The notes under the pieces: model-generated
The model's input: only the letters and a program-made list of their open reading frames with translations
What the model was told of the DNA's origin: nothing
Database searches by the model: none
In this document: piece by piece, positions 8,985 to 15,352 of the stretch
Layout: every line of letters begins with the position of its first letter
How positions within the stretch are numbered: the first letter of the stretch is position 1
Translations under genes and position numbers: made by a program
NCBI GenBank assembly: GCA_039683575.1
Contig: JBDKRC010000172.1
Location: 1 to 15,352, forward strand
Length of the DNA stretch: 15,352 nucleotides
Source of the DNA: Armatimonadia bacterium
Lineage (GTDB): Bacteria; Armatimonadota; Zipacnadia; Zipacnadales; UBA11051
Direction of reading: 5' to 3'

Positions 8985-11900
8985 ATGAAGTCCTCCCTCG
9001 CCCAGCTCAAGGGGCTCCTCGACCAGGCCAGGCCCCTGCGCCGCCAGGCCGATACCGCCCAGCGCGAGGCGGCCCTCGCCGGCATCCAGAAGGCCATCTT
9101 CGACTCCAGCGACGCCATGGACTTCTCCGCCGACGACATCTCCCTCTGGCTCTCCGTAGACCTCTCCAGCCACAACCAGTCCTGCGGCGTCTTCTTCAAG
9201 GGCTACTTCTACAACTACCGCGAAGACATCCAGTGGAAGTACTCCCAGATCGGCAAGAAGTGCCGCGAGTACGCCGACATCGTCTCCCGCTACATGGCCG
9301 TCCCCTCCGGCAGCCGCTTCGTGGACGGCATCAACGCCCTCAAGGGCAAGAACTGGCAGACCTACATGTCGGGCAAGCTCGCCCTGGGCAATGAGGTCGC
9401 CACCATCGCCGGCGTCCCCGCCGTCGGGTTCGCCACCATCAACGACTCCCGCCCCTGGGTAGACACGCCCCTCGACCTGCCCAAGCACGTGGACTTCCGC
9501 AACCTCTACGACCAGACCGCCTTCCTCGCCTGCCTCCTGCAGGACATGGTCAGCATCAGCGAGCCCCGCGACCTCTACGACCTCGAACTCGAAGACAACT
9601 TCGTCGAGGTCAAGGGCCGCCTCGTGCTCTTCGATCCTGAAGTCAGCACCTTCCCTGACGAGCCCATCCCCAGTGCCGTAGCCGTCGCCCGCACCGGCCA
9701 GCGAACCGCCATGGGCGTGCGCTGCGAAGTCTTCGACAAGGTCGGCACCGACGGCCGCCTCCACCTCCTCGGTCTCCCCAACGTCCGCACCAAGGGCGGA
9801 GACGTCCCCATCGAGGGCTACCTCCTCGACCCCAGGGACGGCCACGTCTCGATGGCCCCCGACATGGGCGTCAATGGCAACGAAGCCTATCCCTTCAAGG
9901 TCAAGCTCGACCAGGACATCAAGCCCGTCACCTGTGTCATGTTCAACTGCCTGCCCATGGCAATCTTTGACATGGTCGACCAGCGCTTCTTCCAGCTCCT
10001 GCGCGAGATCCATGTCTACGACGCCCAGACCGACGCCACCCCCTACCAGTACGGCTACTGCCTGCCGCTGCCGGCCCAGCAATTCGAATCTTCCTACGAG
10101 CCCGTCGCACTCGTCTTCGCCCCCGCCGGGACCAAGCTCAAGCTCACCATGGGCGCGAGCGTTCTCGGCCTGCGCTTCGTGCTCGTCAACCCCACCGCCA
10201 AGAACAACGAGGGCGAAGGTTACCTCATCGATAACCACCCCTCGATGTACGCCACGCCCTTCCTCGTCGCCCGCGACATGATCGACCTCGACGATCTGCG
10301 CATCAAGGGCCTCGAATCCCACGGCATCAAGAACAGCCGCGTCAAGCGCGCCCACCAGCAGGGCCTTGAATACCTCACGGCCGCCAGCGGCTTCCTCAAG
10401 GATCGCCTCTACGATCGCTTCCTCACTGCCGCCCGCTCGGCCTGGAGCTTTGAATCCCGCGCCTATCCCGACGTCCGCTCCACTGGCAATGATGTCATCA
10501 AGGGCGTGCTCTTCTACCTCGCCATGCTCATGCCGTTCGCCTTCTTCGCCGAACGCCTCATGATCGGCTCGCCCGACATCAAGTGGCAGATCCTCGGCTT
10601 CTTCGGCATCTTCATGGCCGTCTTCTTGCTCCTTGCCCTCGTGCATCCGGCCTTCGCCATCACCTTCACACCAGTCATCATCCTGCTCGCCTTCATCATC
10701 CTCGCCCTCACGATCGTCGTCACGAGCATCATCGTGCAGAAGTTTGAGGAGCAGATGAAGGAGATGCGCTACGAGCAGACCGGCATCCGCACCGCGGACG
10801 TCGGCCGCCTCGGCGCCTCCGCCGCGGCCTTCAGTCTCGGCATCTCCAACATGCGCCGCCGCAAGGTCCGCACGATTCTCACCTGTTTCACCCTCGTGCT
10901 CCTGACCTTCACCGTCCTCTCCTGCACCTCCGTGGTCACCGGAGTGCGCACCAACCGCATCCTCCTGCCCTACAAAGCCCCCTATGAGGGCATCATGATC
11001 CGCGACAAAACCTGGGAGCCCATCGGCGAACCCACCGCCCGGGTCATGCGCAATGAATTCTCCGATCCCAACACCTACGCCGTCGCCCCCCGCGCCTGGT
11101 ACTTCTCCAGCAAGGTCGGCGACCAGTCCTTCGTGGATGTAGCCAACGGTGGCGCCGTCTACTCCGCCACTGCCATGGTCGGCATGTCACCCGAAGAGGC
11201 CCAGGTCTCTCGCCCGCAGGATGCCCTCCTCAAGGGCGGTACCTGGTTCACCAAGGGCGAGACACTAACGTGCATCATCCCTGAGGCAATGGCTGAGAAG
11301 CTGAACATCACTCCCGAAGACGCCGCCGCGGGCGCCAAATCCGTCAACGTCTTCGGCGTCCAGCTCCGCGTCATCGGCATCATGGACAGCAGCAAGCTCA
11401 AGAAGATCGTGGACCTCGACGGCGAGCCCATCACGCCTGTTGACTACCTCCTCATGCAGGAGCAGCAGCAACAGCAGCAGCAGGCCGGCGACAAGATGAG
11501 TGAGGACGAGCTGCGCGAGTACATCCATCTCGCCCCCGACAGCACCTTCTTCGTCCACTACGACTTCCTCATCGGACAGGGCGGCCAGCTCCGCTCCGTC
11601 GGCATTGCCATGAAGGACAAGGCCCTCGTCCAAAAGAACCTCGACGAGCTGATGTCCCGCATCGAGCTCAACCTCTATGGTGGCATGGGCGGCCGGACCT
11701 TCCTGTGCAGCGCCGTCTCGCAGACGGGCTTCAAGAACATCCAGGACCTCATCATCCCGGTCCTCATCGCCGCCATGATCTGTCTCAACACCATGCTCGG
11801 CTCTGTCTACGAGCGCGTGCGTGAAATCTACATCTACAGCTCGCTCGGCCTCGCGCCCACCCACATCGCCCTCCTCTTCATCGCGGAAGCTGCGGTGTAC

Positions 11901-12602
11901 GCCATCCTCGGCGCGGTCGCGGGCTACCTCTTCGGACAGGTCCTCTCCAAGGTCCTGCTCGAAACCGGCCTGCTTGCGGGCCTCAACCTCAACTACTCGT
12001 CACTCTCCGCCGTTGGCGCCACCCTGGTCATCATGGTCACGGTGCTGCTCTCGGTCATCTACCCCGCCCGCCGCGCCTCGGAAATCGCCTCCCCGGGCAT
12101 CGAGCGCCGTTGGCACCTGCCCGAGCCCAAGGGCGACACCATCGACATGTCCCTGCCCTTCACGGTAACCGGCGACCAGGCTCTCGGCGTGAACATGTTC
12201 CTCAACGAGTATCTCGCGGCCCACGCCGACTACTCTCTCGGCAACTTCTCCACGGCCGACATCAGCCTGAAGACCGTGGACAGCGAGTACGGCGAGGGCT
12301 ACGAGCAGGGCCTGATGGTCTGGCTGGCGCCGTATGACCTGGGCGTCTCCGAGCGCCTCTACCTCCGCACCCTGCCGACCGAGGAGGCCGAGGTCTACCA
12401 GATCCACGCAATGATAGTCCGCGAAAGCGGCGACCAGTCATCATGGATGCGAGTGACGCGCAACTTCATCAACATGCTGCGCAAACAGTACCTGCTCTGG
12501 CGCACCTTCCCAGCCGGCCTGAAGGGCGACTACGGCCACCGCGGCCTCGCCATGCTGAACAACGAGCCAGCCAAGCCCAACACCGGCAAAGAAACCGGCT
12601 AG
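8985..12602 (+). CDS. C-terminal fragment under the standard code: extracytoplasmic region, 3 TM, then MacB/FtsX-type permease and C-terminal tail (1205 aa)
   Basis: 'SNMRRRKVRTILT' before permease TM1; FtsX motif 'LNTMLGSVYERVREIYIYSSLGL.P..I..LFIAEA'; 'YPARRAS'. ATG 8985 is probably not a true start. Confidence 0.65.
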   Translation: MKSSLAQLKGLLDQARPLRRQADTAQREAALAGIQKAIFDSSDAMDFSADDISLWLSVDLSSHNQSCGVFFKGYFYNYREDIQWKYSQIGKKCREYADIVSRYMAVPSGSRFVDGINALKGKNWQTYMSGKLALGNEVATIAGVPAVGFATINDSRPWVDTPLDLPKHVDFRNLYDQTAFLACLLQDMVSISEPRDLYDLELEDNFVEVKGRLVLFDPEVSTFPDEPIPSAVAVARTGQRTAMGVRCEVFDKVGTDGRLHLLGLPNVRTKGGDVPIEGYLLDPRDGHVSMAPDMGVNGNEAYPFKVKLDQDIKPVTCVMFNCLPMAIFDMVDQRFFQLLREIHVYDAQTDATPYQYGYCLPLPAQQFESSYEPVALVFAPAGTKLKLTMGASVLGLRFVLVNPTAKNNEGEGYLIDNHPSMYATPFLVARDMIDLDDLRIKGLESHGIKNSRVKRAHQQGLEYLTAASGFLKDRLYDRFLTAARSAWSFESRAYPDVRSTGNDVIKGVLFYLAMLMPFAFFAERLMIGSPDIKWQILGFFGIFMAVFLLLALVHPAFAITFTPVIILLAFIILALTIVVTSIIVQKFEEQMKEMRYEQTGIRTADVGRLGASAAAFSLGISNMRRRKVRTILTCFTLVLLTFTVLSCTSVVTGVRTNRILLPYKAPYEGIMIRDKTWEPIGEPTARVMRNEFSDPNTYAVAPRAWYFSSKVGDQSFVDVANGGAVYSATAMVGMSPEEAQVSRPQDALLKGGTWFTKGETLTCIIPEAMAEKLNITPEDAAAGAKSVNVFGVQLRVIGIMDSSKLKKIVDLDGEPITPVDYLLMQEQQQQQQQAGDKMSEDELREYIHLAPDSTFFVHYDFLIGQGGQLRSVGIAMKDKALVQKNLDELMSRIELNLYGGMGGRTFLCSAVSQTGFKNIQDLIIPVLIAAMICLNTMLGSVYERVREIYIYSSLGLAPTHIALLFIAEAAVYAILGAVAGYLFGQVLSKVLLETGLLAGLNLNYSSLSAVGATLVIMVTVLLSVIYPARRASEIASPGIERRWHLPEPKGDTIDMSLPFTVTGDQALGVNMFLNEYLAAHADYSLGNFSTADISLKTVDSEYGEGYEQGLMVWLAPYDLGVSERLYLRTLPTEEAEVYQIHAMIVRESGDQSSWMRVTRNFINMLRKQYLLWRTFPAGLKGDYGHRGLAMLNNEPAKPNTGKETG

Positions 12603-12619
12603 TGTCTCAGGCCGTCCAG

Positions 12620-12904
12620 GCTGTAGGGCGGGGGCTCGTACCCCGCCGGCCGTTATCACCGACATCCTGGGTCGCGGGTAGGAGCGCTCCCCTGAGCGCG
12701 ACGCCGTCATCACCGACCAACAATGCGCGCCCCGAAGGGGCCATCGCCTATCGCAGGGGCCGAATGCGGACAGCCTAACACCCCGCATCCGGCCCACCGG
12801 CGACGACTTACAACTCTCTTCGTAGGACGGGCGTCTCGCCCGTCACCGTACCGCCATCCGGCTGTAGGGCGGGGGCTCGTACCCCGCCGGCCGTTATCAC
12901 CGAC
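12620..12904 (+). repeat. Cluster of REP-like hairpins with shared tail
   Basis: 12620-12723 matches 7384-7487 at 101/104 nt. Further GTAG hairpins at 12822 and 12864; tails at 12649, 12703, 12890. Segment 12710-12795 resembles 15150-15235. Confidence 0.9.
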
Positions 12905-12949
12905 CAACTGTCGCGCCGTTTCCGAATCGCCGTCTCTCGCCTTTACCAT

Positions 12950-12977
12950 TCAACGATCAACGATCAACGATCAACCA
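12950..12977 (+). repeat. Heptamer tandem repeat (TCAACGA)x3 + TCAACCA
   Basis: Read directly; ends ~10 nt upstream of the GGAGG SD of the next gene. Confidence 0.8.
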
Positions 12978-12998
12978 GCCTTTCCGCGGAGGCAAAAA

Positions 12999-14984
12999 GT
13001 GGCGCACATAGACCCCGAACTCGCACTTTATCGAGACTTGATGGAAGTCCCGGACAAGTTCGAGGAAGGCTTCGATATCAAGTCCGTCATCGGCGCGATC
13101 TTCGTCGGCTTCGTCATGATGCCCGGCGCGATCTACCTCGGCCTTGTCGCCGGGCAGTCTCTCGGACCCGCCGCGGAGTGGACCACTATCATCCTCTTCA
13201 CCGAGGTTGCGCGCCGCTCGTTCATCACGCTCAAGCGCCAGGAAATCTACATCCTCTTCTACATCGCGTCCTCGCTAACGGGCACGATCGGTGGCTTGCA
13301 GCTTGCTGGCGGTGCTTTCGCCGGAAAGATCTGGGACCAGTATTTCGTCCGCTCCCCGGCGGCTGAAGGTATGGGTATCGCGTCTCAGGTGCCCACCTGG
13401 GTCGTCCCGCCCCCCACCTCCGAAGCCATCATGCACCGTACGTTCCTCCATGCCGACTGGCTCATCCCCGGCGCGATTTTGCTCCTGGGCACGCTCCTCG
13501 GCCGTATGAACTGGTTCGGCCTCGGCTACGTACTGTTCCGCATCACCTCTGACTACGAGAAGCTCCCGTTCCCCTTCGCGGCCATCACGGCGCAGGGCTC
13601 GACGGCTCTGGCGGAAGCCACCTCCAAGGAGGAGACCTGGCGCTGGCGCACCTTCTCCATCGGCGCCATGGTCGGTCTGGTCTTCGGCACCTTCTACGTG
13701 GGTATCCCCACGATCACCGGCGCCATCATGACCGAGCCGCTGCAGCTTCTGCCGATCCCGTGGGTTGATCTCACCCGCACCACCGCCTCAATCCTGCCCG
13801 CGGTGCCCACCGGCTTCGTCACCGACCTCGGCACCGTCGGCTCCGGGTTCGTGGTGCCTTACTGGGCGGTGGTCGGCAGCTTCATTTCGGCCATCGGCAC
13901 CTTCATTCTCAACCCCTGGCTCTACCGGCACGGCATCCTGGTCCGCTGGAAGCCCGAGATGGGCACCATCGAGACGCAGTTTAACAATACGGTGGACTTC
14001 TACTTCAGCATCGGGATTGGCGTTTCGTTCGCGGTGGCCGCCATCGGTATCGGCACCATCATCATCCAGCTCATCCGTGACGCCAAGCACAGGCAGCGCG
14101 GAGAGAAGACCGAACGTTCGTGGAAGCCACCGGCAGGCCGTGGCGACCTCCCAATGTGGATTGCCATCGCGCTCTTCGTCGTCTCGACCATCGGCTATGT
14201 CATCCTGTGCTGGGCGCTCGTCCCCAAGTTCCCGCTGATCTACGTGATCCTGTTCGGGTTCGTGCTCACGCCGTTAAACTCGTACATCGACGCCCGCATG
14301 ATCGGTCTGACTGGACAGTGGGTTGGGATCCCGATGGTCAAGGAAGCCGCCATCATCAAGAGCGGCTACCGGGGCATAGATATCTGGTTCGCACCTATTC
14401 CAAACTTCGACCACGGCGCGCAGGCGATGCGCTTCCGCGTGCTGGAGCTAACGGGCACGAGGGTCACGGGCCTCATCAAGGCCGAGCTTTTGATCTGGCC
14501 GATCACGATCTTCTGCAGCCTGCTGTTCTGGCAGTTCATCTGGCGCCTCGCGCCGATCCCGTCCATCTACTACCCGTACGCCCAGAAGATGTGGCACATG
14601 CAGGCCCTGCAGCGCGGCCTGTGGATGACCTCGACGATCAACCCGGAGACCAGCCTGTTCTACAAGGCCTGGAACCTGGACCGGGCAATCTGGGGCTTCG
14701 TCTTCGGCATCGGGTCATACATGATCCTGGCGCGACTGCGCTTACCGATCATGCTCATCTATGGAATTGTGCGTGGCCTGGGGACGTTGCCCCATTCCAT
14801 CTTCCCGGAGATGATCGGGGCGCTGATCAGCCAGTACTACTTCGTCCCACGCTTCGGCGCCAAACGCTGGAAGCAGTACGCCACGGTACTAATGGCGGGC
14901 TACTCCTGCGGCATGGGCCTCATCGGCATGGGCACAGTAGCGATAGCCATGGTCAGTAAATCGGTCTCGCAAATGCCCTACTAG
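12999..14984 (+). CDS. Polytopic membrane protein, OPT/YSL-like putative peptide transporter (661 aa)
   Basis: GGAGG SD (12988-12992) before GTG 12999; many hydrophobic segments over the whole length; 'IYLGLVAG', 'LKRQEIYIL', 'DYEKLPFP.A...A', 'PIPS..YPY' resemble OPT-like family motifs (e.g. the 'L.FP' motif). Family call is by eye. Confidence 0.8.
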   Translation: MAHIDPELALYRDLMEVPDKFEEGFDIKSVIGAIFVGFVMMPGAIYLGLVAGQSLGPAAEWTTIILFTEVARRSFITLKRQEIYILFYIASSLTGTIGGLQLAGGAFAGKIWDQYFVRSPAAEGMGIASQVPTWVVPPPTSEAIMHRTFLHADWLIPGAILLLGTLLGRMNWFGLGYVLFRITSDYEKLPFPFAAITAQGSTALAEATSKEETWRWRTFSIGAMVGLVFGTFYVGIPTITGAIMTEPLQLLPIPWVDLTRTTASILPAVPTGFVTDLGTVGSGFVVPYWAVVGSFISAIGTFILNPWLYRHGILVRWKPEMGTIETQFNNTVDFYFSIGIGVSFAVAAIGIGTIIIQLIRDAKHRQRGEKTERSWKPPAGRGDLPMWIAIALFVVSTIGYVILCWALVPKFPLIYVILFGFVLTPLNSYIDARMIGLTGQWVGIPMVKEAAIIKSGYRGIDIWFAPIPNFDHGAQAMRFRVLELTGTRVTGLIKAELLIWPITIFCSLLFWQFIWRLAPIPSIYYPYAQKMWHMQALQRGLWMTSTINPETSLFYKAWNLDRAIWGFVFGIGSYMILARLRLPIMLIYGIVRGLGTLPHSIFPEMIGALISQYYFVPRFGAKRWKQYATVLMAGYSCGMGLIGMGTVAIAMVSKSVSQMPY

Positions 14985-15008
14985 CCGCCGTCTGCCATTG
15001 ATCGCGTG

Positions 15009-15274
15009 GTAGGCATGCTCCGCATGCCGGACCCAGTCTTAGATCCGCGTAGTGCGGGCGTCCCGCCCGCCGTCGTTGTCACCGACCAACCAACGCGTCC
15101 GCCGCTTCCTTCTGAACCAACCTGTACGAGCGATCACCGATCGCGACCGTCACCGACCAACAATTTGCGCCCCGGAGGGGCCATCGCCTTCCGGAGGGGC
15201 CGAATGCCGACAGCCTCACCGTCTGCATCCGGCCCGCCGTAATCACCGACAACGCGTAGTGCGGGCGTCCCGCC
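15009..15274 (+). repeat. Cluster of REP-like hairpins with shared tail, downstream of the operon
   Basis: GTA-GGCATGC-TCC-GCATGCC (15009-15028); GTAGT-GCGGGCG-TCC-CGCCCGC (15049 on); tails at 15072 and 15236; the last hairpin at 15256 is truncated. Confidence 0.8.
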
Positions 15275-15352
15275 AGTAGTGCCTCACAAAAAACCTAGAC
15301 ACCTTAGCTGGGCCTTTGTGGGCTGCTCCCAGAGCCGTTCGCGCAGTTTTAG

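Larger units (their letters stand above)
7626..12602 (+). pseudogene. Giant PA/M28-peptidase-like + MacB/FtsX permease fusion (~1658 codons) interrupted by one in-frame TAG at 8628-8630 (nonsense mutation, sequencing error or read-through)
   Basis: ORFs 7626-8630 and 8985-12602 share a frame. The 118 codons 8631-8984 have no stop and show the same C/G-ending codon bias. The M28-like fold appears to continue after the stop ('ISLWLSVDLSS'). No SD before ATG 8985. The TTG start at 7626 has a GGTGA SD and a signal peptide. Confidence 0.8.

Noticed and set aside
8674-8988. 104-aa ORF in another frame as a filler gene or frameshift product between the two fragments
   Set aside because: Low-complexity Ser/Ala/Pro translation; the original frame is open and has the proper codon bias.
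7917-10646. 909-aa minus-strand ORF (also 6158-7540, 5403-5954, 11265-11864 and similar)
   Set aside because: Antisense shadows of well-supported + strand genes, caused by biased codon usage; no recognisable motifs.

Overview
GC-rich bacterial window, probably Armatimonadota (inferred only from the '[16 protein letters not shown]' prepilin signature). Left part: NmrA/SDR-type oxidoreductase (-), Trm11-like SAM methyltransferase (-), prepilin/H-X9-DG protein (+) and a radical SAM protein (-). Right part (5421-14984, all +): a putative membrane operon made of a small FtsX/MacB-type permease, a LolD/MacB-type ATPase with an N-terminal zinc ribbon, a ~1658-codon fusion (signal peptide, PA domain, M28-peptidase-like domain with degenerate metal ligands, extra TM helices, MacB/FtsX permease) and an OPT-like polytopic membrane protein. 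The giant gene is one reading frame interrupted by a single in-frame TAG at 8628-8630. The intergenic regions hold many REP-like hairpins (GTAG/GGAG/GTGG-tagged), most followed by a constant 15-nt tail GCCGTTATCACCGAC. Also present: a perfect 31-bp inverted repeat, ATCC/GGAT arrays, heptamer repeats and a sigH-like promoter motif seen twice. Family assignments come from motif recognition by eye; no database searches were run.
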